From the NCBI GenBank assembly GCA_020891255.1, contig BQFW01000007.1, positions 2,480,001 through 2,544,000 on the forward strand: DNA of 64,000 nt, written 5' to 3'. The DNA comes from Entomortierella parvispora E1425. Lineage: Eukaryota; Fungi; Mortierellomycota. The notes below the pieces were generated by a model, which was not told the origin of the DNA, did not search any database, and saw only the letters and a program-made list of their open reading frames with translations. The position numbers and the translations under genes were made by a program. The number at the start of each line of letters is the position of its first letter. Position 1 is the stretch's first letter. Positions 25,589-39,300 of this stretch are shown here, piece by piece.

Positions 25589-27567
25589 ATGGCGGAATTC
25601 GACAAAGTTAATGCATCATTCCTCGGCTGGCTCGAGACTAATGGCGCCACTGTCTCTAGTTCCATCTCTTTGCAGGACTACTCTGCCGAAGGCGCTGGAC
25701 GTGGCGTTGTCGCCACTGCAGATATCGCTGTAAAGTCTAGAATCTCCTGAACAGGCAAACGCTTTCACTGGCTGATATGTAGACATACTGCTGACTCTGA
25801 TCCCACCAAACCCACTTTATAGAAAGACCAAGAGCTGTTTTCAATCCCTCGCCCATTGCTCCTGTCGCCACTCACCTCGGATCTGTCACAAAAGATCGAT
25901 TTAACCCATCTTGAAGGCTGGAACCCATTGCTGTTGTGCATGATCTATGAACATTGCCGTGGATCGGCCTCTCAATGGAGCCCATATTTTGGTATAGACT
26001 GAGTGGGCATCATTGAATTACTTGGAGGCTTTGGATGTAGATCTGACAACATTTCGAACTTGCCTGACCATCTTTCTCTAGATATCTTGCCCTTAGAGTT
26101 CTCTACGCCAATGTTCTGGACTCAGGAGGAGTTGAAGGAACTCACTGGCACAGGTATTGTTGACAAGATTGGCCGTGAGGATGCAGAGGAGGCATTCAAA
26201 GAAAACCTGTGGCCTCTGATTGAAGGTCACCCTGAGCTGTTCCCCGTCACGGACAAGAATCAGGCTGCGTTTATGAAGATTTTCCATCGCATGGGATCGC
26301 TGGTGATGGCGTACGCGTTTCACGACTCTATCCCGGGCAAGGATGAGGATGAAGATATGGATGAGGATGATGACGAGGAAGAGGAAGAGGAGAAGGTGAA
26401 CGTGTCCATGGTTCCAATGGCGGATATGCTCAACCACAAGACTGGATTTAACAATGTAAGAGGCGACGCTGTGGAAAAGGATCTCCGTACCCACTGTGTT
26501 TACTAATACCCTGTCCCGCTGTCATTAGGCAAGACTTTTCCACGAGAAGGACTGCTTGAGAATGGTTTCAATCAAGGCCATCAAAGCTGGACAGCAAATC
26601 GTAGGTGATTTTGGTTGACTCTCTCATCTCATCTCGTTGCATCCAGTTCAGTGCTAATGGCAATTGTTTCAACTATCATAGTACAACACCTACGGCGACC
26701 TTTGCAACGCTGGTAAGCACTCTTGATTGGATTGGTACCCAAAAATTGTACCGAATGTCAAAAGCACAACTTGACGGTATCGGACATCTTTCTTTTTGCC
26801 AAATAGATTTGCTCCGAAAGTATGGATTCGTTGATGTACCCAACCCCTTCAACATTGCAGAGATTAGTGGCGAGTCCTTGGTAGCCAAATGTGTCAGTGA
26901 GAACGACAAGGGAAAGGATCAGAAGGTCGAGTTTTTGCTCGAACAAGATGCCCTTGAGGAGTAAGTGTCTATATTGCTAATACTCGGGCTAGGTGAATGA
27001 GACTAGCTACTGATCCACCCGCACCTGATCCATAGCTATTTTATCTTGGAATCCGACGGCGAGATCCCAGAAGAGATTATCGGCTGTGCCAAGATCTTGA
27101 TGATGCCAATTGAGGAATTTGAGACCTCAGTTCTGAAAGGCAAGAAGATCCCAAGTACCAAGCTGACGACCGAGGTCCAAAAGGTTCTTCGTGAGATTTT
27201 AGAGGCCAAGCTGGCGGAATACCCTTCATCTTCCAAGGTAAAGTGAGGAGCAGACGTTCTCACCCATTGCATTCCATCCAAGTCGCATATTTTAACAAAC
27301 TTGTGTTCTCTCATTCCTTACTGATGCCTTCCACCTCAGGACGACAAGCAACTTTTGAAACAGGTGCCCGAAACCGAAGAGGCACGTCGCAAACACAACG
27401 CTGTTATTGTCAGGAGTGGTGAACGCGAGATTGTTCAGAGTGTGCTGGACAAGGTCAAGAAGTGGCGGCCACCAGTGCCCGTAGCGGCCAGCAATGGCGG
27501 CAAACAGAAGGGGGGCGCAAAGGGTGCACCACCCAGCAAGGGCAAGAAGCCATATCAAAAGAAATAA
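25589..27567 (+). CDS. SET-domain protein-lysine N-methyltransferase (SETD6/Rkm4-like)
   Basis: GAGRGVVAT, MVPMADMLNH, YNTYG and DLLRKYGF motifs; an acidic insert; a Rubisco-LSMT-like C-terminal domain. Confidence 0.9.
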
Positions 27568-27936
27568 AATAAAAAGGAGCAAAGGTGAAATGTAAATTAT
27601 TGGTGGCGTTTGCACCCTTTTGTTCCCATGATTCGCTCTCTGCAGCCATCTCCATTCATTACATTCCTCCCACCATCTTTTCTTTTCTCCGCCACTTTGT
27701 CCATTCCCATTGCGCCTTCTAATCTCTCCCTGCAGTGCCATCTTCACACCATCTTCTGGACAGACAGGTACATTACACTGTGTGGCATGTCTGGCAATTG
27801 CCTTCAGCATCTAATGTCGCGTTCCTGGCGAATTGATCCCTCTTTCCTCTACCTTCATGCATTCAGTTATAGAACATTGCGACTCTTGGGCCATTGTACT
27901 ACTTGAGCAACCCCTTCTATCCGACATTTACCCAGC

Positions 27937-30894
27937 ATGGACTCCTGGACATCGATCGATGCCTCTATCACAGCCGTGCCTGGGGCCGAGGCTCTCTGTC
28001 CGCCAGATATTATGTATCTTACATTCAGCATGGTAAAGAGACGTTCCTGATCATGCTTTGGAGGCGAGCGTTAGGGATCTATTGAGTGGCTAAGCGAGAT
28101 GTGCAACTGATGTCGACACCACAACTACTGAACTTCTTAGGCCCGTATTCGACCAGCAATACCCGATGCACTCATTGTTCAAAGGCTCAAGGATACGCAA
28201 CAGATAAAGACATTGGAGATGGATACTGTTCTTCTACAGTTCTGGCTGGCAGGACTCACTGGACTTGCAGAAGCTAGCACTTTGGACCAACGTGTGATCT
28301 GGAAGAGTGTCGTCCTTGTCAAGGTAATGGACAGTTTTGAACTCTGGATGTGCAACGTATGGACGTAACGCTCATCGGGTCCCATGCAAACTCATTCCAA
28401 TAGATTCCAAGCATCGCCGTTCAGCTGTCTTCTGCAACGGATGAGGTAAGGAAACCAACTGAACAATGCGAGTTTTATGTGTGCGTTCATCGAGCTGTAT
28501 ATCCTGACTTTATCCTCAGGTCTGCACCGTAGTCGAGTCATCTCTTAGGCAACTTTCATTCTATCGCGGAATCTTGAACGAGTGCGACGAAAATATTGCG
28601 GAGGATCACTCGGGTGAAAAGATGGATATACTCCAGTCAATTGTTATTGGCTGTGTGAACAAAGGAGTCGTACGACAGGATCAGCTGGATATTCTTAACG
28701 GCCTCTCGTTACCACGGGAAACTTTGAGCGAGTGGCAGTACTTGGATAACCCCACAGTGGAGGACATTGAAGAGCTCTGCGGCAGGATATTGAGTGACTC
28801 TGAGAATCAAGAAGCGCTGGTTGATCGTATTATCAAGGTATTGTATCATTTGAGGGTCAAGTCCTAACAATCAGAATAGAGAGAATCGATACTCATTGAG
28901 ACTCTCGGATGTTAGGTTTGCGATGATGCCGGATCCAAGAGTGATGTCTCCACTCTGTCCAAGGCTTGTCAAATGCTGGATGATAACCCCCTAGTACTGG
29001 ATACTATTCATCTTCTTCGCTCACCATCCGCTCTCTTGAGACCTTTGGAGAGCTTTGTGAACAATATGCAACAGTACGAAGACGACGACATTGAGACCTG
29101 CAACGCGAAATTGGAGGGGCTTGGTATCGTGCTGATCCTGATCCTGAACATTGTCCGACGTTACGAGCTTGCTGGGTGTTTGGATCTAGTTCTTGCAGAG
29201 AAACAAGGGTTCTGTTGCCAGTGGCTACATCGAACTTCTGCAACTATCCCGCCGACAGCAATTTCATCCATGTCTCCAGCCATGCAGAGTCTAATGGGTC
29301 GATGGATCACAGCGTTGTTTGACAGCATGGGCATCTCGGACGATCTTATCCAGTGAGTTTTATTCATGCACTATATCAATACAGCAACTTTCGCGCTAAC
29401 TCAAGCTATCTGATCAACAAATTAGAACATCAAAGCCTCAGATGCTACTGGAAATCGCACCGTCCATATTCGAACAATCTCTGGCAGCATGTCAAGCCGG
29501 GGTTCTTGACACCACCACCATGATCAGTGGTCTGGATTACTTTCTACAGCCCTGCTTGCTCTTTGTACTTATTGGGGTGGTGCAATTCCTGTGCGAAGAA
29601 ATCACGTTTTCTTCTATCTCAACATTGTCACAGCCAGGATCAGGAAACGGGGCTCCAGGTTCAAATCCACCCACTGTATCTCCGGCAGGGCATGTTGTTT
29701 CACCATTAGCCTCAAGAGGAGGACCTGGAGGCAAGACTTCTGCCATCTCTCACGGCTCAGGGAAGAATGCAGCATCTTTGGGGATGCTCCAATCCAGTTT
29801 AAAATCACTTTTGGCTGGAGAGGCTTTTCCTCTCCGACTCCTAAGGCTGCTCAAGAACGAAATTTCGGCCGCACTAAGCCATCCAGCTGTCGAGGTCGAC
29901 GATCAATTGACCATGATTCAAAATCGTCTGTTGGAGGCCACTAATGGTTTTTATTGTAAGTTGCCACGACGTTACGCCTCGTATTCTTCCAATCGTATGC
30001 AACTAAACCTGGGAATATTGGTTAATGATCTCTCATAGCTTGGTCGACCTCGGAACCCTATGATGTTTCTAAGCTTGCGATGCAGACCGCTAGTTCGTTC
30101 GAGTCCATCATCACTGGAGGCAGGACTTCAATAGTGACAACACGGGAAAAGGGATGGCCAGTTTTCGGAAAGACGTCGTTCCATATCGACATTGATCTCT
30201 TCCGTGCCACTCTTTGCTATTTGGGCCCCTCGCAATTCCTGACGGCAATATTGAAGCAGGTTCTCAAAGCTGGACTGACCGCAAACGGGCGGCGTGCTGG
30301 TATGACTGATTGATTTTTTTATTTTATTTTTATTTTTTTCTCCTACTCGTTTTCTCGGCTTTTTGTCTACGACAGTTAGTGCGGTCAGCTAAATGCTTTC
30401 TTTGATCTGGATATTGTGAAATAGCTGAGCTCGGAGCTGCGATCATGACCACACCTCTCTTGAGCAGTGGCAATGAATACGTCTCACCGCAGAGCTTGCT
30501 CTGGACCCTTGTCTATCAGATCCTCTGGATCCCTGTGCCTGGACGGCTAGAGACCTTTGCGCAAGGAAGGATGCTGGCGGTGTTTGTCGGGATGACATTG
30601 GACTATTTCCAAAGTGACACGTTTGTTCAGCTTCGCCAAAGCCAGGGCCCCCAAGGATTTAGTATCAAAGGAAATGATGGTGCTGCTGGTACCAAGGAAC
30701 TCAACGGGACCTCTTCCGATCAAAGGAATATTTCTCAGGCACAACTGGAAAGAGATGCTGCTGTAGAGCCGTTCCGGACCATGTTGGAGCAACGACTCGA
30801 GTTTCTGGAGACTATTGCCCACGATCGACCTGGGTTCAAGGGCTTTGTGCAAGGCATGGGCCAACACAAAGAACAGAGGCTGGCTCGCATTTAA
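27937..30894 (+). CDS. MED5: Mediator subunit 5 (Nut1/Med5)-like protein; start codon uncertain
   Basis: FWLAGLTGLAEA..WKSVVLVK|IP and PQMLLEIAPSIFEQSLAACQAGVLD...GLDYFLQPCL resemble Med5 motifs. Multi-exon. Confidence 0.75.
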
Positions 30895-31139
30895 TTAAGG
30901 GTACAAAAGTGTGACGTGTTTCCATATATGTGACTGCGTCACTCTGCGCTTGCTTGATGTATGCTTGTTCTTCAGCATTGATCAGCGCGCGCATTCTCCA
31001 CCTCAATCCTCCCCCTCCATCTTGCCAGTCCTTCTCCACACAAAACCCCTCTGAAGAAGAAGATAAAAGACAAATAGAAGACCAAAAAAAAAGAGAAATC
31101 TCCTCTCATTATATATAACCACCAGACCTCTTATTCATC

Positions 31140-32583
31140 ATGAATTCGGAGGACGTCTCGATGAGCTCCTCGTCGTCTCCGGCGCCTGGCTCTCTTCCAT
31201 CCGATTCCCTGTCGGTCTCTGTCGTCGCGGACCTGAATGCAGCTGCAGCTGCCGTGGCCGCCGCTGCTGCTGAACAACACCAACAACACCAACAACTCCT
31301 CCAGTCGGTCGTGAGTGGCGACAGCAATGCAGGTGCTGGTTCAGTCGCTTCTGCCAGTGGCACTCGCAAAAAGAGCCAAGGCAAGGAATTGAACGAAGAG
31401 GCTCACGCATTGAAGGTCCGGACGGAAAACAGAGAACGCAAGAAGAGATGGCGCGAACAGAATGAAGATCGAAGTAAGTGTTTTTTTTCCTCTCTGGATG
31501 GCAATGAGTTACTCCTTTGGTGCCTGTGGGCGAAGTGAAGTTTTGGGAGGGTGGACCGGTTTGTGGGACTGTTCACTTGAAAGGATTACAAGTCACAGAG
31601 GAAGCATGGATGTGGCTCTGTCTTTCTCTCTCTCTTTATTTCTCTTGAGTATTGTCAACGAGGAACAAAGGAGAGAGAGAAGAGGTGGGGAACGGAAAAA
31701 AAAAGAGATAAAAGAGTGCGTAGGAGAGACATAAGGAAGGGGGGGGGACATGGGTTCCCACTCCTTCAAGTTGCAAGGCTGCCTCCTTCTGCTTAGTATG
31801 AATTGCATCTTGTCTCTAGCTCTGGATTTTTTTTCCCTAACCTTGCGCCCTCTTCCCTTCTCCATTCTGTTTGTTCTCTTAGACAAGGACAATGACTTGC
31901 GTTGCCGCGTGACCAAAAGAGCCAATAAGTTGCACGGTGCTGCTGCCAGCGCAGTCAAGACGGCCTGGATTGAAGAAGAGTTTGAGAAACGTCGCCAGAA
32001 GCGCAAGCAAAAGGAGCGCAGAAGGGATCCCAACGGTGGCGGTGATTCTGAGGAGCCAGAGGCAGCCCCCTTGGGCGGCTCCAGTCGTGGCAGTCGACTC
32101 CTCACAGGAAGCCATTCGCTAGAGGAGCAACTGGCATTGCAACAGTTGGAGGAACATCAACACAAACAAGAACTATTACAGCAGAACCCACTCTTGCAGT
32201 TCAAGGACAGTCTTCAACACCATTCACAACATGCACACCATCAACATCATCACCACCCTACGACACTGGATTTCGATCAGGAGGCAGTCAAGACAGCGCT
32301 GGCGCTGAACGAGTTTGTGAAGAAGTCTGCGAACCATATCGACCTGGCTCAGTTGACCGGGGTCCTCACGGATCCAGACCTGACAAGACAACTCATGGAG
32401 ATAGAGGCCCAGAACAGTCAACATGTACCGACCTCGGCCATGACGGCTTCGACCGCTATGGCCCTGAATGCGACAAAAACCCCACCAGAGTTGGAGCTCA
32501 AGAACCAACACGCGATGGACCCCGATTACCCAATGGATGCAGTTTTGACCTTGATGCAGCTGAATGGAAGCTGGAAGGCGTAA
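31140..32583 (+). CDS. DUF3020-domain protein (basic helical, probably nuclear)
   Basis: Spliced KVRTENRERKKRWREQNEDR|NKDNDLRCRVTKRANKL..WIEEEF..RRQKR; intron about 31474-31882. Confidence 0.8.
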
Positions 32584-33697
32584 AGCAAAAAGAACAGAAA
32601 GAAAATGAAAAATGAAAAATGAAAAGGAAAAAAAAAAAATGGACTTCTTTATTTTTTTGTTGTTTCTCGTCCAACAGATTCTTTCCCCCCTCCCCCACCC
32701 CCTCCATCATTTTAAAGTCATCGATCCCATAAAGATGTCGGAAATCACACATGCATTGTCAACTTTTTATTGTTCTTGATTTTTTGAAGTCCTTCAAGAG
32801 GAAAGAAGGAGACTCTTCAAGCTTACCTTTCTGCTCACGGAGGCATCATTTCACCTGGCTTTTGTCCACTTTGCACTTTTCGAACAGCACTGCACAAACA
32901 TATTACAGAAGGGATTCATACAACACGACCCGCACACCATCACAACATGCCCAAAATGTTCAACTTTTTTTTTCTTTTTCATTGATACTTCACTGGAACA
33001 AAAAAAAAAACAATACAGACAGGCGAAACGAATCAAAGAAGTGAAGAAACAGCAACGATATATGAAAAAGTACGAATGGAAAATAAAATATAAAGAGATC
33101 CGCCAAAACAACGAGACGAAAATGGCCAACTATTCTTGCTACACATTTGCCTTGCACACCATGATGACCATTGACAGACACAGGCACAGACCGACCGGAA
33201 ACCAGGGCGCTGCCCAAGAGACCCAGAAACCATTTATAGTTGTTCCCAGAACAGGGGGACCACAGTTGGCCCTTTCCACCACCTTGAAATCTGACAGTCC
33301 GTTTTCCTTGGAAGGGCTCTGTTTCCTTGACATTTCCGCCGCCCAAGCATCTCGTCTTCCCTGGCTATACCTCCGCCTTTGCTCCTTGCCCACTAGCCAT
33401 TGACACGAGAGAGCGTTTCGCAATAAAACCACCCTCGCCTTACTGAGCATCATGATCTTTGGACAAGTGACGGAAAAAAAAAGATAACTCCCCTTTTTGT
33501 CACTCAGAATGCCCAACCCCCGGCAAAAACCACATTCACTCAAAACAAGTGTGATATCTGACTGTCCATGATCCGATGTCCTTGACCATCGCTCCTATCC
33601 TCGGTATCCTTCCAATTTGCCAATCCCTTATTTTTTTTTTTTTTTTTTTTTTTTTTTGTGTCGCTCTGCCATGAAACCTCTCTCATTCCCATTACCG

Positions 33698-36229
33698 TTA
33701 GTAGCGGTTCGAGGGAGGGCCATATTGCTGGGTTCCATATGATCCGTATCCTCCCTGCTGAGGTTGTTGAGTGCCGTATCCAGAGCTACCGTAGCTTCCG
33801 TATGATGGGTTCATAGGGGAGTATCCTGTCTGCTGTGGTGCTGGCGACGCCTGTGGTGGTGGCGCGTGATGGGGTGCGCTGTGTTGGGTTCCGTAGTATC
33901 CCATGCCGCCGCCTCCGCCGCCTCCCATGTTACCCGACCCACTTCCGCCCAAACCGCCCTGGTTTGGAGCACTCGTGTTGCACTGAGCGCAAGTTGTTCT
34001 CTTCGCGAAATTGTGGAATCCGCACTGCACATTGGGACAGATCCAGTCACCGGCCTTCATGCCTCCTGTTCGCTGAGGTGGCTGCTGCTGAGGAGGCATA
34101 GAACCATAGGCAGGTCCTGGAGAGGCATCGCGTGGTTTGGCAAGTCCACAACGCATGCACTGGAAACGAGAAGCAAAATTGTGGGAGTTGCAAGATGGGC
34201 AGTTCCAGTCGCCCTGACGGAAAGCATGACCTCCTTGTCCTTGACCGCCGCCTCCAGAGTAAGGAGAACCTTGTTGGCCACCGCCATACGAACCGTTCCG
34301 ACCGCCGCCGTAGCCACCGCCACCTCCGTTGCTATCATTATAGCCACCATAACCGCCAGAGTTGGAACCACGGTAGGTGGCACCACTGCTTCCACTGTTG
34401 CTGTTGTATCCACCTCCACTTCCACCACCGGGTCCTTGCAGCGGTGATGGAGTGTGACACTTCATGCAAGAAACTCTGGAGGCAAAGTTCTGGAAATTGC
34501 AGTTGGGGCAGTTCCAGTCGCCAGGGCGGAAGGTGATTGCATGGCTGCCGCTACCGCCGCTGTTGCCACCGCCAGAAGCATATGGGTGGTGATGGTGGCT
34601 GTGATGAGAATGATGATGTGGTGATGCAACTGGTCCTCCGTTGCCATATCCGCCACCCGATGTGCCAGGTCTAGGTGAAGAGCACTTCAGGCACTGCATA
34701 CGGGATGCATAGTTGTGGAAGTTGCATTGAGGGTTGGTGCACATCCAGTCACCAGATGTGAAGTTGGCGGGCTGGAGAGGAACAGCGCCATCGGGTGATG
34801 GTGAACTGCACTTCAAGCAGGCACGGCGATTTGAAAAGTTCACAAATTGGCACATGTTGCAAGTCCAGTCTCCTGGTCTTGATGTGGCAGGTGCTGAGGG
34901 TTTGGCGGCACTCTAAAAAAAAATAACAAAAGGTTAGATCATATGTCCACAGTGGGTGAGCAAACGTTTGATTCATTGGCAGTCCGTATTACCTGAAAAG
35001 CAGAAAGTTTGCCCTTTTGGGTATCCATGGCAGCCTTGCTAGAAGGCACGATCTCGATAGCACGCTGTCCGAGCAAAGCGCCGTTCAGCTGAAGGGCAGC
35101 AAGAGCATCGGCATGCTTTTCAAAGACGGCAAATCCTCCTCCGCTTGGGCGGTTAGAAGAGTTTGACAGCATAACAAGATCCTTGGGCTTGAGCTGCTTG
35201 GTGGCGAAGAACGTCTCCAGCTCCGATTGTGTGATGACATAAGACAGGGAGGAGATGCGCACGATCTTGGATGCATCTGCCTTGAACTGTCTGAGAACTT
35301 GAGCGGGGTCGGTGGCATTTGTGAAAACATCGGGATGAGCAAATGCTACAAGATATTTCATGATGTTGACGATCGTCTTGGCATCATCGAGTCCAGAGTG
35401 TGCCTGACCAAACTGGGAGACCGCAAAAGCTTCGCACATCTTTTCCAGAGAAAAAGACTTGAGCACAACCTCCGAGTGGTGAGCGATCCACTTTGTGGCC
35501 TCCTCTTTGAGGTCAAACAGAACGGGCTCTTGGAGGTAAGTGGGAAGAGTGATGTCCTTGTCCTTGGCCTCTCTGGGCAACTGAATGCGAAGATCCCAAG
35601 CACCATGGGTAACAAAGCAGAAAGTCAGGCCCTTGTCAACGATTTCACGGTTGATATAGCTGTCGAGAGACTGGATGGCATCGGCGAGGGTGCCAGCATT
35701 CTCCAGCTGCGCTGGAGTAATCTTGGTCAAGTTCTCACAGAACGTAGTCAATGGTGTGGACAAAGGCTTGACATAGCTCTGTTCCTCGTGGAGAATGGTC
35801 AAATTGGACTTTGAGATGCAGAGCCAAGAAAACTCGATGATTTCAGCCGTAGCCTATCCGAGAGACAGGGAAAGAGTAAACAGAAAATCAGGTCAGCAAG
35901 ATCCTGCGTGGATTGCCTTGTTCTGTGTGAAAACACGCTCTAATAGAACAAGAACTAGTAAAACTTACAGGTGTAACGAGAAGTTCTTCTGCTGGCTTTC
36001 CATCGTCGCAGGTAGCCTCAAAGTCGAGAACAATGAAGAAGTCGTACTCGCTAGTGGGGACCTTGGGTGCCTTGGAGACTGGGGTGGGCTTGGCTGGAAG
36101 AGATGCGATGCCCACGGGGGCAGGCGAAGCCGATTGGCTGGATGCACTCAATGCGGGCGAGCTCTCGGATTTGAGCGAGGGGTTCTCCTGGGGACCGTCG
36201 TCGTCGCGGGTCAAGTCTACATGAGCCAT
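33698..36229 (-). CDS. NRP1: RNA-binding protein: DEDDh exonuclease, RRM and five RanBP2-type zinc fingers (NRP1/Dri1-like)
   Basis: LDFEAT, HGAWDL and HSGLDDA exonuclease motifs; RRM with GGGFAVF; five GDW-C-x2/4-C-x3-N-x6-C-x2-C fingers separated by G/Y/S-rich linkers. Confidence 0.8.
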
Positions 36230-36386
36230 GATGTGATATGATGAAGGGGGATGATGAGAGAGATGGGGATGGATGATGCCAGTGCGAAATCGGCAATCAG
36301 GACGTTTTTGACCTCTCGCATTTCACTGGCCCACTTACGGGCCAGCGGTTATTACGTCACTGTATTACGTTGAATCGCACATGTTA

Positions 36387-39300
36387 TTATTGCTCGGTCT
36401 CCAGACTTGCGCTGGTTCTGTGCACGTCGAACAAACTACGGATATGTAACTGGTCCTGGGTCAACATATCCTTGGGGCCAGCTGCCCGCCACTCAAAGGC
36501 TATCTCACGAGACTCTCCGGCAAGCATCCAAAAGCAATTTTCACTAAAGTGGCCTTCGACATCATGGATCCAACTCAACCACACCCAGCCTGCAACGCGC
36601 TCGCTGATCAAGGTGAACTGGACTTGACCTGAGCGCTCGCCGTTAAAGTCAGATCTTTTGGCGGCCATAGTCACTAAGAATGCATCAAGTCGAATCTTGG
36701 GATCCTGACTTAAGTAATTGATCGAGAATGGTGTTCGTGAAGGGCAAAGTTGAGGTAGCATCTTCACTACAGTGCTGTTGGTTTGGTCCTTGCCCTGAAA
36801 AGTCGCAGTAGCCATAAGTAAGAACTGGTTGGAATCCATGCCTGCTTGATCAAAGCCTTGAGGATTCACAGACACCACCTTCATACTACTTTGGGCTTTA
36901 ATATCGAACGGTACCAGAGCAACCTCTGAACACTGGCCTGACTTGAAGTGATAGGATTTCACAACCACTTGGCCTAGAATGCTCCATTCAGTTAGCCAGA
37001 CGTCCGTTGTCTTGTTGCTGCACCCTGCACATATATACCTTCAATTTTCTCCCTTTTGTCGTTGGACACATGGATGTGGAATGTATTTTCGTCCTCGCCT
37101 TCGAATCCAGAAATAAGCACATCTGCAAAAGCATTCATGATAAAGTAGTGTAGCGGCTTCCACCTCCCTAATTGGAAGGAATACTGCAATCAGATCAAAA
37201 GTATTATTGTATCAAAGCAGCTTTAAATGAGTCTCTTACCATTGTGCTCGATGCTTGACCCTGAAAGTTGCAAGAAAAGCCCCTGAAATTAGATACTTGA
37301 AAAGATACCTGAAACAAAGACGTAGAAGGTTCAAGAGTGAAGGACTTACAGGTAGGACCTGGCCAGATATCGTTTAGCTGCCAGTACAGAGCACCCATAG
37401 TTCTACTAGCTTCGCCTTGTCCGCGTCGATAATGCTCAGTCTGAGCAGCAATTGATCTTGCCTGCACACACTGCGTCAAATAGCAGTAGTCATCAAAGAT
37501 TGCCTCCTGCAGATTCTTGGAGATTGTAGTCTTTTCTGGATCGGACCAGAGATAGGCAGAGAGAGTCTCGGAAAGACGAAGCTGAAACTGTTGCATCTAT
37601 GGTCAGGATGTTGCTTTGGGTTCATTTTTTTTTTTTTTTTTTTTTTTTTTTTCAGCGTAACATACCTCGATTTGCTCCAACATCTCCTTTTGCCCGTTCC
37701 CGTGATGATTGCGATGGACACAAAGACTTGACAATGGATGCCAGTCGTCGCTAGACGAGATAGTTTTCCAGAGAGAAAACGACGGCATAGACTGTGCGCC
37801 ATACTCTGTCTCATGGATTAATGGATTAGAAGCTGGATACCCATACATATCATCCAGAGATCAGAATAGAGCATGTACCTGAAACAAAGCGGGCCTTGGG
37901 GTAGTTTTCAACATGCAGTCCATTGTGCTTGTAGTCATAGAAATGAACATCGCCGTACAATCCACATTCACACTCTTGAAGAATATATCGCTCAGTGTAG
38001 GGACTCTCTGAAATCAAACCTGCAGAAGGTGACCTGATACCATGTAGCGCTGATTAGTACAGTGCCCTCTGACGGTTTTTTTCAGTCGTTGACTTATCAT
38101 AACGCCATCTTACGTGGATATAAACGATCGTGACACATCGATACCACGCAATGTGCTCATGATGGTCTCGATGTACAGCTTATGGTAGTCGACCTATAAG
38201 GATATAAAAGCAGTTGAGCATGTACGGCTATATTGATCGCCAGATTGACCACCAGTTTAAAGCGAGCCCATTACAGTGAATACATATGGATTAAGGACCG
38301 TTGCCTTGTCCCAGCTATTCAATATAAAGACGTCAGTACTGTTACAAGCGTACCTGGCACCAAGGTGCGAGTGCCTGCCTACCCTTTGACCATGAACTCC
38401 TGGTTTTCATTGTTACCAGACCAGAGTACGACTGAAGGGTGCACCATCAGTCGCTTAACCTGATCTGTGACCTCAAGTCTAACATTGTCCAAGAACTTTT
38501 GGTCGGTTGGATAAAGAGCGCATGCGAACCTTTGAGCATTGAAGACAAGGAGGTCTGTTTAGATAACAGAGTTAAATGCACATTCTCGTGATGTATCCTG
38601 CAACTTACATGAATTCTTGCCAGACCATCAATCCCAGCTCATCGCAAAGTTGATAAAATTCTATAGAATTGTAATTGTCAGCCATCAACTTACGCAGAAT
38701 GCCATGTAAACCACAGAGTAAAGTCGTACCATCTGTTTCGTATCGCCCTCCCCCCCAAATGCGAACCATGTTCATATTGGCTGCAACACAATTCTGCAGA
38801 AGCGCTCGCTTCTTTTCCATAGTCATGAGCCTGTCAAAAACATGGCCCGGGATCCAGTTTGACCCTTTCGCAAAAATGTTCACTCCATTGACTTGAAAAT
38901 GAAACGAGTCACCCTTCTGATCAGCCCCTAGTGCATCCTGGACCAGCCTACACGTTCTGAACCCGCAACGGAATGTATGCGATGCAAGCTCCGTTTCTGC
39001 GTCAGACGATACACTTGCTTTGAAATTATACAATTGAGCCTCTCCGTATCCTTTGGGCCACCATTCTTTCACAGAGCCACGCTTCAGTTCGTACGACTTT
39101 CTCAGAACGTTATGTCCACACCCAACGTGAAGATCCTTCGAGATGAGCAGTGTTTCTCCGTTCAATTCAGACTTGAGAGCGACCCGCTGGTCTCCGTCGC
39201 TATGAAGCTCAACACAGAGCTGATAACCGGTTACTTAGAAGCGATAGATTAGGACCTCTCACTCACAGACATGGCTTACCTTGATCACCCAGGCATTTTT

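Noticed and set aside
33160-33295. ATGATGA...CTGA pair in the DUF3020-NRP1 intergenic region
   Set aside because: No terminal stem or recognisable guide; expected by chance.
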